This document shows positions 30,326 through 40,127 of a stretch of 64,000 nucleotides of DNA, one piece after another. Where the stretch lies: contig CAYWZF010000005.1 of assembly GCA_964461555.1 (NCBI GenBank), positions 930-64,929 on the forward strand, written 5' to 3'. The position numbers and the translations under genes were made by a program. Position 1 is the first letter of the stretch; every line of letters begins with the position of its first letter. The notes beneath the pieces are model-generated. The model searched no databases. It had not been told where the DNA came from and worked only from the letters and a program-made list of their open reading frames with translations. The stretch is from an uncultured Robiginitalea sp. Its GTDB lineage: Bacteria; Bacteroidota; Bacteroidia; Flavobacteriales; Flavobacteriaceae.

Positions 30326-33300
30326 CAGGTCTCTTCCAGGAACTTGGGGTCGAACCGGTATTCCCGGTAGCCTACCCGATATACTACGCTGTAAAAGGTC
30401 GGGATGAAAATCAGGGTGATGATGGTGCCGAAGAGCAGGCCCACCATGATGGCGACAGCCATGCCCGACCACATCTCGCCCCCGCTGATGTAGAGGGGGA
30501 TCAGCCCCAGCACCGTGGTGAAGGTAGCCAGCAAAATGGGCCTGAAGCGCTGCAGGCAGGCGGTGATCACCGCATCCTGCTCGCTGCGGCCCAGGTCGCG
30601 CTGTTCGATTTCCATGCGGTCGATCAGCACAATGGCGTTGTTGATCACGATCCCCGCCAGGGAGATCACCCCCAAAAAGGGCATAAAGCCGAAGGCTTCC
30701 CGGAAGGCCAGCAGGCCCATGACCACCCCGATGATGGCCAGGGGGATGGTCAGGCACACCATGGCCATCTTGCGGAAGGAGTTGAACTGTATGATCAGCA
30801 GCAGCACGATGATAAAGCCCGAGAGCGGCAGGTACTTGACCACGGCCCCCATGTTTTCGGCCGTATTCTCGGCATCGCCCCCGAAGGTATACCGGTAATC
30901 AGCCCCCCAGTCGGCCTGCTGCTCTTCGAGCCAGGGGCGTATCTCGGCGGTTATGGCCGAGGCGTTGCCGTCGGCGCGCAACTCGCTCGAGACGATCACA
31001 GTGCGGATCAGGTCGAGCCGCTTGATCTTGCTGTACTGCCACTCGGGCACAATGCGGGCCACCTGCAGCAGGGGCACGCTCCGGCCGGTCGACTGGGAGT
31101 AGATGTTCATGGTCTCCAGCGCCTCCAGGCTTTGCTGCTGGTTGCGGTCTTCGCGCATCACGATGGGGATCGACTTGTCCTCTTCCCGGTACTCCCCTGT
31201 GACAAAACCGTCGAGGGCGGTCTGCACCGAGGTGGCAATGTCCTGGTTGCTGATGCCGGCCAGCTGCGCCCGGTTCGGGTCGATATCGACCACGAATTTC
31301 TTGCTTTTGGGCCCCCAGTCGTCTTTCACGTTTTTGGTGGCGGCGATCTGGGAGAGGCGCCCCTTGACCGTGGCGGCGATCTCGGCCAGGCGGTCGGGGT
31401 CGGGGCCCGAGACCTTGATCTCAATGGGCGTGCCACCCCCTCCGGAGCCAAGGGCGCTCACCTTGACGTCCGCATTCGGGAATTCCCGGAAGCAAAAGGC
31501 GTCGAGCCGTTCGATCATGGCGTTGTTCATGCTGAAGTCAGAGGTGTTGACCAGCATGTGCGCATAGCTCGAATTGGCCTCATCCGGGCTGTAGCCCAGG
31601 TCATACGATTCCGGCCCTTCCCCGATATACGACGACCAGTCGATCACCCCCCGGGTGCTTCCCGGGCTGTCCTGCAGGGAGTCGCGGATAAATCCTTCTA
31701 TGGTTCCCACCACTTCTGAGGTGCTTTCGAGGCGGGTGCCCTGGGGCAGGTTGATGTCTACCGTGATCATGTTGCGGTCGCTGTCGGCGAAAAATACGAA
31801 CGGGATTTTGGTAAACCCGTACAGGGAGAGCAAAAACAGGACAAGGATGCCTGCAAGCACCTGGGCCCGATGGGTAAGGGCCCAGACGATCAGCACCTGG
31901 TACCGGACCTTCAGGGCATAGATAACCCGGTCGATGAAGCTTTCCTTTTTCTCCCCGCTATTGGCCTTCAGGAAAAGGTAGCAGAACAGGGTGATGACGG
32001 TCAGGGCCAAAATCCAGGACGAGAGCAGGGCCAGGGAGATGACCACGAAGATCGGCCCGACGATATCGCCCATGGTCGACTGGGCCAGGAAAAAGGACAG
32101 GAAGGCCGCCGAGGTGGTGAGGGTCGAGATCAGCAGGGGCGTAAACAGTTCGGAACAGGCATCGATGGCTGCCTGCTTTTTCGGAACACCCTGTTCCATT
32201 TTGACCATGATGGTTTCGGCCACCACAATGGCGTTGTCGACCATCATCCCCAGGGCCATGATCAGGGCGGCCAGGGTTACCTGGTTGAGCCCCATGCCGA
32301 GCATGCCCATCAGCATGAGGGTCATGATCACCACAATGGGGATCAGGCTGGCGATGATGCTCCCCGAGCGCAGGCCCAGAAACACCAGCATCACCAGCAG
32401 CACGATGCCGACCGACTGCAGCAGGTTTACCACAAAATCGTCGATCTTGACGTCTATGTAGGTGTCTAGCGAAGCCAGCCGCTGCAGCTCGAGGCCCACC
32501 GGAAGCCGCTGCTGCCACTCGGCAACCACCCGGTTGATGTCTTCCCCCAGGGCGATCACGTTGGAGCCTTCCTTCAGGCTCACGTGCAGGGAAATGGCGT
32601 CTTTCCCGTTTACCCGCACCCGCTGTTTGGGCGGGTCGATATAGCCCTTTTTGACCTCGGTAATATCGCCGATAGCCAACAGCTGGCCCTGGCTGCCGCC
32701 AATGGCGATGAGGGTGTTTTCGATATCCTCCACGGAATTGAAATTCCCGGAGGGCTCCAGAATGATGCGCTCGTCCTTCAGGTTTACCTGCCCCCCGGAA
32801 CTCAGGATGTTGGTGGCGGCAATGCTGTTTTTCAGCATGCTGGCCGTGATCCCGTACTGGTTCAGCACGGCATTGTCGAATTCGATGAAGATCCGCTCTT
32901 CCTGGGCCCCGCCCAGCTCCACCTTGGCCGCATCGGGGAGCTTGATCAGGGCATCGCGGATGTCGTCTGCGTAGTCTTTCATCTCCGTATAGGAATACCC
33001 GTCAGAGGTGAGCCCCACCACGATGCCGTAGACCTCGCCGATCCCGTCGTCTTTCAGGTCGGGTACCACCCCCTGGGGCAGGCCCTGTATGCTGGCGAGC
33101 TTGCGGCGCAGGCGGTCCCACACGGCCTGCATCTTTTCGGGCGGCACCTCGTCCTTGAGCTCTACCTTGACCACAGAAAGCTCGGTGCGGGAGGTGCTCG
33201 ACACTTCCTTGAGCTCGGGCAGTTCCTGCGCCACCTTCTCGACCTTGTCGGTGACCAGCAGCTCAACCCGTTCGGGGCTGGCCCCCGGGAAAAACGACAC

Positions 33301-33441
33301 CACGGAGGCCACCCGAACGGTATAGGGGGGCATGCTGTCGCGCGGCAGCGACTGGTAGAGCGTGATGCCGAGCAGCATGATGGTCGCCAGCACCGTGAAG
33401 GTGATGCGGTTCTTCTGGATGGAAAAGGCAGTGAGGTTCAA
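30325..33441 (-). CDS. RND efflux transporter permease subunit
   Basis: 1038 aa; FPGASPERVE, VDNAIVV, RFRPILLAT; TTG start. Confidence 0.93.
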   Translation of the reverse strand: MNLTAFSIQKNRITFTVLATIMLLGITLYQSLPRDSMPPYTVRVASVVSFFPGASPERVELLVTDKVEKVAQELPELKEVSSTSRTELSVVKVELKDEVPPEKMQAVWDRLRRKLASIQGLPQGVVPDLKDDGIGEVYGIVVGLTSDGYSYTEMKDYADDIRDALIKLPDAAKVELGGAQEERIFIEFDNAVLNQYGITASMLKNSIAATNILSSGGQVNLKDERIILEPSGNFNSVEDIENTLIAIGGSQGQLLAIGDITEVKKGYIDPPKQRVRVNGKDAISLHVSLKEGSNVIALGEDINRVVAEWQQRLPVGLELQRLASLDTYIDVKIDDFVVNLLQSVGIVLLVMLVFLGLRSGSIIASLIPIVVIMTLMLMGMLGMGLNQVTLAALIMALGMMVDNAIVVAETIMVKMEQGVPKKQAAIDACSELFTPLLISTLTTSAAFLSFFLAQSTMGDIVGPIFVVISLALLSSWILALTVITLFCYLFLKANSGEKKESFIDRVIYALKVRYQVLIVWALTHRAQVLAGILVLFLLSLYGFTKIPFVFFADSDRNMITVDINLPQGTRLESTSEVVGTIEGFIRDSLQDSPGSTRGVIDWSSYIGEGPESYDLGYSPDEANSSYAHMLVNTSDFSMNNAMIERLDAFCFREFPNADVKVSALGSGGGGTPIEIKVSGPDPDRLAEIAATVKGRLSQIAATKNVKDDWGPKSKKFVVDIDPNRAQLAGISNQDIATSVQTALDGFVTGEYREEDKSIPIVMREDRNQQQSLEALETMNIYSQSTGRSVPLLQVARIVPEWQYSKIKRLDLIRTVIVSSELRADGNASAITAEIRPWLEEQQADWGADYRYTFGGDAENTAENMGAVVKYLPLSGFIIVLLLIIQFNSFRKMAMVCLTIPLAIIGVVMGLLAFREAFGFMPFLGVISLAGIVINNAIVLIDRMEIEQRDLGRSEQDAVITACLQRFRPILLATFTTVLGLIPLYISGGEMWSGMAVAIMVGLLFGTIITLIFIPTFYSVVYRVGYREYRFDPKFLEET

Positions 33442-33475
33442 AATCTCTGGGTTCTGGGTTGGTGGGTTCAGTTTC

Positions 33476-34573
33476 CTAATCGAAGAGCGATACCTCTTGT
33501 CCGTCCAGGAGGGTTTGCAGGCCTGCCGTGGCCACCTTCTGGCCGCGCTCCAGCCCGCTCAGCACTGCAAAGCCCCGGCTGTCGAGGGCCCCCACTTCTA
33601 CAGGCGTGCGCCGCACCACAGGGGTTTCGGGGGTCTCATCGATAACGAATACAAAACGGCCCTGGCTGTCTTCGCCCACAGCCTCGGGGGGTACGGTCAA
33701 AACCATTTCGCTCTGGGGGTCAGAGCCCATGCTAAGGGTCACGTTGGCGGCCATTCCGCTTTTGATCAGCGATTCGGGGTCTTCTACCTGTATGCGCGCC
33801 GGGTACGTGGCCGTGTTGTTGTCGACGGCAGGGGAAAGCTCCGTGATTTTTCCCTTGAATTCCCGTTCGGCTTGGGCAGGCAGCCTGACCGTTACGGGCA
33901 TGCCCGGCGCGATCTCATTGATGATGCTTTCCGGAAAACCCAGGGCGATCTGCATCTCGGTGCCGGCATTCATCACGGCAATGGGCTGGCCGGCGCTGAT
34001 GGTCTCATCCACTTCTGCGCTGATAGAGGTGACCACCCCGTCTTCCGGGGCGTACAGGTAGCCGAAGCGGATCTGCTCCTGCTGTATGGCCACGCTCCGC
34101 TTGGCCGATTCAAAACCCTGCTCGGCTGTCTTATAGGAATTCTTGGCCGATTCAAAATCGGTCAGGGAGGCGCTTCCCTTGGCGTATAAAACGCGTATCC
34201 GGTCAAGGGCCAGTTTGGCGGTGTTCATTTGCGACTCGGCGCTGCTCTGCGAGGCCAGGGCGCTTTCGTAGTTCAGGCGGGCAGTCACATTGTCGAGGCG
34301 GGCGAGCATTTCCCCCTTTTTTACCCGCTGCCCGAGCTTGATGTTCAGTTCGGTGAGGATGCCGCCCGAGCGGAAGCTCAGGTTGATGATCTTCTCGGTA
34401 CGGGCCGTGCCGCTGAAGGTCCTGACATCCGATCCCTGGCGGTAATCCACTGTGGTGTACTTCACTGGGCGAAGGGGTGGGGCCGGGGCCTGTCCGCCCC
34501 CGCCGCAGGAAGCCAGCAACAGCAGGGCGGTCAGGGCAGTTGCGAAAAACAGGTGGGTCACTCTCATGCTCAT
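33476..34573 (-). CDS. RND periplasmic adaptor (membrane fusion) lipoprotein
   Basis: Lipobox LASC, LSFRSGG, GQRVKKGEMLARLD, LYAPEDGVV, SGMAANV. Confidence 0.92.
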   Translation of the reverse strand: MSMRVTHLFFATALTALLLLASCGGGGQAPAPPLRPVKYTTVDYRQGSDVRTFSGTARTEKIINLSFRSGGILTELNIKLGQRVKKGEMLARLDNVTARLNYESALASQSSAESQMNTAKLALDRIRVLYAKGSASLTDFESAKNSYKTAEQGFESAKRSVAIQQEQIRFGYLYAPEDGVVTSISAEVDETISAGQPIAVMNAGTEMQIALGFPESIINEIAPGMPVTVRLPAQAEREFKGKITELSPAVDNNTATYPARIQVEDPESLIKSGMAANVTLSMGSDPQSEMVLTVPPEAVGEDSQGRFVFVIDETPETPVVRRTPVEVGALDSRGFAVLSGLERGQKVATAGLQTLLDGQEVSLFD

Positions 34574-34577
34574 GGGC

Positions 34578-36926
34578 TTAATCTTGTGGGTTATTTTCCA
34601 TGTACTGCTGGAAGCGGTTGCGGAAATCCAGGTTCTCGGCCTCGGTATGCAGCAAAAAGTTATACCCGATGAACCGCTCGAGCTGGATGGCGGTTATCAG
34701 GAAATTGTACGTGGCTCCCGCATTGGCCAGCTGGGCCTGCAGGTAGTTGTTCTGGGCATCGATCAGCTGGATGATGTTCACGGCCCCTTCGCGGTACGAG
34801 GTTTGCACCAGGTCAAGGGACTCCCGGGCGGCGGCCTCGGCCACCTGCGACAGCTTGATGTTGGCAATCTGGTTCATCAGGTTCAGCACCCCCTGGTTCA
34901 CGTTGCGCGAAATGGCCAGCTCGAGGTTCTGGCGGTCGATCTCGATCTGCTCCATCTGGATGCGGGCGCTCTGCCGGTTGAGCTCTGTTTTGTACTGGTT
35001 GAACAGGGGCAGGCGGATGTTCACCCCCATGCTGTAGAAACCGGCCGGATCCAATTCGGTGCTGCCCTGCCCCCACTGGTTGAAGTTTTGGTCGTAGGCG
35101 GCCTGGATGCCCACGGTGGGCAGAATGCGCCCCAGCGCATTTCGTTTGTAGTTCTTTTCGACCGCCTGAAAGGCGTACGACAGGGCTTCGAGCTCGGGGG
35201 AGTTGAGCCGGGCCTCTTCGATGAGGAAGGCGGCAAAGGGCTCCCGGTACTGGGGGTGCTCGAGGATTTCGGCCAGCTGCCTGTAATCGTAGGCGGCAAA
35301 GACCCCTTCCCCCATCACGGCTTCGGCCACCTCAATGTCTTTCTCAATGGGGTTGTTCAAAAACTGGTTGATGTCGATGTACGACTGTTCCAGGGCATTG
35401 ATCGATTCGACCAGGGTAAGGGTATTCTGTGCCATCTGGCTCCGAAACCGCAAAACGTCGGTCTTGCCGGCCTGCCCGGCCTCGAAGTTCTGTTCAGCGA
35501 TCTTCAGGTTTTCGCGCGTGAGCATCAGGTTCTGGTTCTGGATCTTCACGTTCATTTTGTTGAGCAGGGCGTTGAAGTACAGGCCGGAACCTTCGAGGAT
35601 GGCATCGAGCTGGGAGGCGTCCAGGTTCGATTGCTCAGCCAGCTGCAAATTGCGCTGCACGGCGATATTAAGGTTGGCGTCGGGGGAGAAGACCGTTTGC
35701 TGCAGGGCCAGGTTGCCGTCGGTCCGGTACTCGGGCCTTAAAGGGGCAAAAGCCGCGTCGCCCTCCACCATTTGCGCCGAGGCTGAGGCGCTCACATTGG
35801 GCAGGTAGTCGCTTTTGGCCTGGCGCACGTCTTGCTGGCTCAGCTGTACGTCCTTTTCACGCGATTGCAGCCCCAGGTTTCGCTCCAGGCCTCCCTGTAT
35901 GATGTCAAGGAGGGTGTAGCTGTCAGAGGGGGTTGGCTTGTCGAGCGACCCCAGAAACCGCGTCTTGCCGATCAGGCTGAAACCCAGGGGCAGGCCGATT
36001 TTCTGGGCGGTTTCATAGTTAACGGTTAGCTCTCTTCCGAAATCGACCCATACGGGCAGCTCGCCCAGGGAAGCCCCGTTCACCCAGGAATCTACCGTAA
36101 GGGCCATGCGCCTCAGGAATTGCTCCACAATCTTGTCGTTGCGGTTGGTTGCCAGCAACCCAAGAGCCACGTCTTCTACGGTGGTGTTGGTGAACGTGGG
36201 GATGCGCCGTCCGATCAGGGCATCGGCAAGTGCTTTGATCTCGTGGTCAGGGAGCAATTGCCCCCCTGCCAGGTACAGGGCGTCGAGCCCCTCCAGATTA
36301 TCCAGGATATCCTCAGTGCCGGTAAAGGGGATCAGGCGGTAGTTCTGCCCCTGCATGATCCGCTCAAAGGCCTCTTTGACGGGGAGGGTTTCGGCAACCC
36401 TGGCCTCTATGGCAATCCCGACATTGCTGAACTGTGTAAGTTCGCGCAGGGTTGACAGGTCTTCCGCATACGACTGTATGTCGATCAGGTAGGTGAAATT
36501 GGCAATACCGCTCTGGGGGCGGTCGGGGTCGAACGGGGCAACCTCTATGTTGGTGGTCCCGAACAGGATGGTGGGAAGCGGATACGCCTGCCGCTCGCGA
36601 AGCATGCGGCTGCTCACATATCCGAAGGCCATGATGAGGTCGGCCTGGCTATTGGCGAGCTGCTCGTAGTTCGCCCGGGCCTTTCCCAGGTCATAATCGT
36701 TGAACAAACGCAGGTTCTCAGGGAATTCCAGGGTGGCGTCTTCCCCTACCACGGCTTTGATTTCTTCCTGCAGCCTGCCCAGAATGGCGCCGGATTCCTC
36801 GTTGTATGTGTCGGCGAGAATGCCGATCTGGTAGTTGGGTTTTTCCTGGGCACAGAGCGGGGTGGCCAGTATGATTACCCCCAGGAAAAGCGACTTTAAA
36901 CGGGTCATAGACGAATACAGGGTCAT
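34578..36926 (-). CDS. TolC family outer-membrane efflux protein with N-terminal ABC-type substrate-binding domain
   Basis: 782 aa; aa ~30-325 resemble ABC_sub_bind (ELPV..LTVNYETAQKIGL); aa ~335-770 two OEP repeats (AKSDYLPNVS, YREGAVNIIQLIDAQ). Confidence 0.85.
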   Translation of the reverse strand: MTLYSSMTRLKSLFLGVIILATPLCAQEKPNYQIGILADTYNEESGAILGRLQEEIKAVVGEDATLEFPENLRLFNDYDLGKARANYEQLANSQADLIMAFGYVSSRMLRERQAYPLPTILFGTTNIEVAPFDPDRPQSGIANFTYLIDIQSYAEDLSTLRELTQFSNVGIAIEARVAETLPVKEAFERIMQGQNYRLIPFTGTEDILDNLEGLDALYLAGGQLLPDHEIKALADALIGRRIPTFTNTTVEDVALGLLATNRNDKIVEQFLRRMALTVDSWVNGASLGELPVWVDFGRELTVNYETAQKIGLPLGFSLIGKTRFLGSLDKPTPSDSYTLLDIIQGGLERNLGLQSREKDVQLSQQDVRQAKSDYLPNVSASASAQMVEGDAAFAPLRPEYRTDGNLALQQTVFSPDANLNIAVQRNLQLAEQSNLDASQLDAILEGSGLYFNALLNKMNVKIQNQNLMLTRENLKIAEQNFEAGQAGKTDVLRFRSQMAQNTLTLVESINALEQSYIDINQFLNNPIEKDIEVAEAVMGEGVFAAYDYRQLAEILEHPQYREPFAAFLIEEARLNSPELEALSYAFQAVEKNYKRNALGRILPTVGIQAAYDQNFNQWGQGSTELDPAGFYSMGVNIRLPLFNQYKTELNRQSARIQMEQIEIDRQNLELAISRNVNQGVLNLMNQIANIKLSQVAEAAARESLDLVQTSYREGAVNIIQLIDAQNNYLQAQLANAGATYNFLITAIQLERFIGYNFLLHTEAENLDFRNRFQQYMENNPQD

Positions 36927-37140
36927 ATTGCCTCAGGTGGTATCGTACGGGGGGCTAAATGCCCGGCCTCACGCCAAAGAGGCGGGGAATGGTTGCTGCA
37001 ATATAAAAAAATATCCCCGATAAATCGGCTGGTTTCGCGGGGTTCGCAAGGTTGGGGAGCCGGGTGCAACGGGTGTGCTTTCGGGGGGGTGTGGGAAGCG
37101 ATCTGCTGGCTGGTTCCGGTTTAAGTGTTACCTTGCATCT

Positions 37141-37884
37141 ATGGCACAGGAACCCGGTTTCAACTTTTCCAGGGAAGTATTGTTGGTTCCCCTCGGGTGC
37201 ATGCTCGGCATCTGGACCGTCTACATGATGGAGCTCCGCCTGGGCATCAACCTCAATGCCTGGGGCATCTACCCCCGTACCCTCCGGGGCCTGGTCGGGG
37301 TGGCAACCAGCCCCTTTATCCACGGCTCCCTGGGCCACCTCTACAACAATACCCTGCCCCTGGTGATCCTTACGGCCGCCCTTTTCTATTTTTACCGACC
37401 CATTGCCTGGAAGACTTTGATTGTGGGCACCCTGCTAACCGGGCTCGTTACCTGGGCCATCGGCCGCCCCTCGTACCACATCGGCGCCAGCGGGGTTATC
37501 TACCTGCTGGCCAGCTTCATATTTTTCAAAGGGGTCTTTTCCAGGCATTACCGCCTGGTGGCCCTGTCACTGCTGGTGGTATTCCTCTACGGGGGCATGA
37601 TCTGGTATATCTTTCCGATACAGGACGAAATTTCGTGGGAGGGCCATCTGGGCGGGGCGCTGAGCGGCCTGCTGCTGGCCTTTGCGCTCAGGGCAGATGT
37701 GCCCGCGCCCAAAAAGTACGCCTGGGAAAAGGAGGATTACCGCGAAGAGGCAGACCCGTTCATGCGGCATTTCGACGCCGACGGCAATTTCATCGAAGAC
37801 CCCGGTACCCCGGCAGAACCCCCGCCCCAAATCCGGTATCACTACCGCGAGCGCGGCGCCGGCCCCGATGCCAAGGAAACTTAG
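37141..37884 (+). CDS. Rhomboid intramembrane serine protease
   Basis: HGSLGHLYNN, HIGASG (Ser), SWEGHLGG (His); start moved to ATG 37141. Confidence 0.9.
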   Translation: MAQEPGFNFSREVLLVPLGCMLGIWTVYMMELRLGINLNAWGIYPRTLRGLVGVATSPFIHGSLGHLYNNTLPLVILTAALFYFYRPIAWKTLIVGTLLTGLVTWAIGRPSYHIGASGVIYLLASFIFFKGVFSRHYRLVALSLLVVFLYGGMIWYIFPIQDEISWEGHLGGALSGLLLAFALRADVPAPKKYAWEKEDYREEADPFMRHFDADGNFIEDPGTPAEPPPQIRYHYRERGAGPDAKET

Positions 37885-38621
37885 GCGATTCGCTGGCGAA
37901 CGGCCTCATACAGGAATACCCCGCAGGCCACTGAGACGTTGAGCGACCCGATGGTGCCCAGCAACGGGAGGCGGGCCTTGTGGTCTGCCGCCTTTAAGAC
38001 CGAAGGGGAAATACCCCGGTCTTCAGATCCCATCACGATGGCCGTGGGCAGCCTGAAATCAACCTCGTATACCGAATGCTCTGTTTTTTCAGTGGCTGCA
38101 ACCGTTTGCACCCCGGCGCCCTGCAGGTAATAAAGGGCATCGAGCATGTGGTCTGCCTGGGCGATGGGCACCCTGAAGGCCGCCCCGGCAGAAGTTTTAA
38201 CGGCGTCGTTGTTCAGGGGAGCGGCCCCTTTCTTCGGCACCACCACGGCATGCACCCCACAGCATTCGGCCGTGCGCAGTATGGCGCCAAAATTCCTTAC
38301 ATCGGTGATGTGGTCAAGCAGCAGAAAAAGCGGGTTTTCGGTGCTTTGCAGCACTTCTTCGGCCAGGGCCTCAAAATCGCGGTAGCCCACCGGGCTGATC
38401 TTCGCCACGGCTCCCTGGTGGTTCTGGGAAGTCAGCTTCTGCAATTTCTCTGCCGGCACGTACGATAAGCTGATCCCCTTTTTGCGGAGGGAGGTTTCCA
38501 GCTGGTGGAAAAGCGCCCCTTTCAGCCCGCGCTGCAGGTAAACCTTATGGATGGGGGTATCGGCCTCAATGGCTTCCAGGATGGCCCGCAGGCCGTAGAT
38601 CGTGCTTTCGTTTTGGGTCAA
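37881..38621 (-). CDS. rlmB: 23S rRNA (Gm2251) 2'-O-methyltransferase
   Basis: NHQGAVA, DVRNFGAILRTA, MGSEDRG, SLNVSVA (SPOUT); start uncertain, TTG 38621 chosen. Confidence 0.9.
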   Translation of the reverse strand: MTQNESTIYGLRAILEAIEADTPIHKVYLQRGLKGALFHQLETSLRKKGISLSYVPAEKLQKLTSQNHQGAVAKISPVGYRDFEALAEEVLQSTENPLFLLLDHITDVRNFGAILRTAECCGVHAVVVPKKGAAPLNNDAVKTSAGAAFRVPIAQADHMLDALYYLQGAGVQTVAATEKTEHSVYEVDFRLPTAIVMGSEDRGISPSVLKAADHKARLPLLGTIGSLNVSVACGVFLYEAVRQRIA

Positions 38622-38692
38622 GGCTTCTGTTTGGTTGACAGTCGTGTAAAGGTCGGGAAATTCGCGATGATCGCGTGCATTGGGGGCATGCC

Positions 38693-40024
38693 TTACGGCT
38701 GAAGGCCGAGCGCCTGTATGGCGGGCCCGTCCTTGTCGTAGTGGTAGCCCCTCCAGAAGAACCCGTTGGTCTGGAATTTCCAGACTACCTCCCCGGCTTC
38801 GGTGACTTCCCAGAATCCGAAGTCCCCCTCGGTGATCAGCCGGTTGCCGTTGGGAAGGAGGTCTACCCCTGAAACCCTTCCCGAGAAAAGGGTCGGGTCG
38901 GTAAAACTCCACACTACCTCGGGTTCGTTGTCGGCATTGGCCAGAAGGCCGGGCTGATTGGGTAATTTGAGTTCGTAGGCGGTAGATTGTTCGATGCTCA
39001 GCCCGTTGGCGAACACCAGCATATTCCCTTTTTTGTCGCCTGACAGGAGATTGGGGTGGTGGTTCCGGTCAAAGAGCCGCGTGCCCTGGGGGTTGTCATA
39101 GGCTTCGGGGTTGCCGAAACGGTAGACCAGGTCGCCCCCCCGCCCGAAGTTGCCCCCGGTGCTGCCCCGGGCTTCTTCTGTCGTGGTGCTGTGGTCGATC
39201 ACCCACATCTCGCTGTAGAAATTGGCGCTTATGTAGATCAGGTCGTTTTCGGCATCGTAGGCGATGCCATTGGCGTGGCTGATGTCTCCGGGGATTTCAC
39301 CTCCCTGGAAGTAATTGAAATCGATGCGCTCGGGGTGTTCGGCGATTACCCCGTAATTTGCCCGGGCCGGGTCGAAATCCTGGATGAGGTGGTCCCACAT
39401 GTGCCACTCCCACACGATCTGGTCGGTGGTCGGGTCGATTTCATAGATCGCGTCGTAGATGACCGGGGTTCCGCCCGAGTACCCGGCCGCCGTCGCTTCT
39501 TCTTCGGGCCTTTTCTGCCAGCTCATGAAAATGATATTTCCGTTGGGCAGCATTTCCAGGTCGTGGTGCGCTATCTGGTTTTCATCAGATTGCACATAGC
39601 TCCATTCAATGGCCCCGTCTTTGTCGAGGATGGCGAGCTTGCCACCGAAACCGCCTATCTGGATCTGGGGGTCTTCGGCTTCGAGCATGGCCAGGATCTT
39701 CCCGTTTTCCATCAGGTGGGCGTCGTTGCCCAGCCTTTTCCCCTCCATATTCCATTCAAAGACCACTGAGGTCTTTTTGTCCATGAGGTATACCCGGTTG
39801 GCGGCCGCATCGTTGACCAGGGTGTAGCCGTCATAGAATTTGGCCGGTTTATATACCGTCAGGCCTTCCACGAGGGGAATCTCTTCTTCTCCCTGCCCGT
39901 CCGGATCGGGACTTTCGGTGCCCGGGGGCACGCCGGTATTGTTCCCGTCATCAGAGGAGCAGGCAGACAGGAAAAGCAGCAGGGCGCAGGTGAGCCCCGG
40001 AAGGAGGATGAAGGATCGTTTCAT
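38693..40024 (-). CDS. Aryl-sulfate sulfotransferase-like beta-propeller lipoprotein
   Basis: Lipobox LSAC; HHDLEMLPNGNI, SHANGI, VWEWHMWDH, LPNGNRLITEG. Confidence 0.78.
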   Translation of the reverse strand: MKRSFILLPGLTCALLLFLSACSSDDGNNTGVPPGTESPDPDGQGEEEIPLVEGLTVYKPAKFYDGYTLVNDAAANRVYLMDKKTSVVFEWNMEGKRLGNDAHLMENGKILAMLEAEDPQIQIGGFGGKLAILDKDGAIEWSYVQSDENQIAHHDLEMLPNGNIIFMSWQKRPEEEATAAGYSGGTPVIYDAIYEIDPTTDQIVWEWHMWDHLIQDFDPARANYGVIAEHPERIDFNYFQGGEIPGDISHANGIAYDAENDLIYISANFYSEMWVIDHSTTTEEARGSTGGNFGRGGDLVYRFGNPEAYDNPQGTRLFDRNHHPNLLSGDKKGNMLVFANGLSIEQSTAYELKLPNQPGLLANADNEPEVVWSFTDPTLFSGRVSGVDLLPNGNRLITEGDFGFWEVTEAGEVVWKFQTNGFFWRGYHYDKDGPAIQALGLQP

Positions 40025-40127
40025 AGCTTTCAGGGTAGGGCCCAGTTCCTTCCTGGCAGGTCACCCATTCCCGGTCAGGCGCGGGCGAGCAGGCAGAAGG
40101 GGACTGAATAAAGTCGGCAGGCGAAAG

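Noticed and set aside
30326..30757. Apparent N-terminal extension of the K+ channel
   Set aside because: Alternate-frame overlap with the RND gene; the real start is the TGATG junction
38622..38912. Apparent N-terminal extension of RlmB
   Set aside because: Overlaps the sulfotransferase 3' end in another frame and does not resemble RlmB
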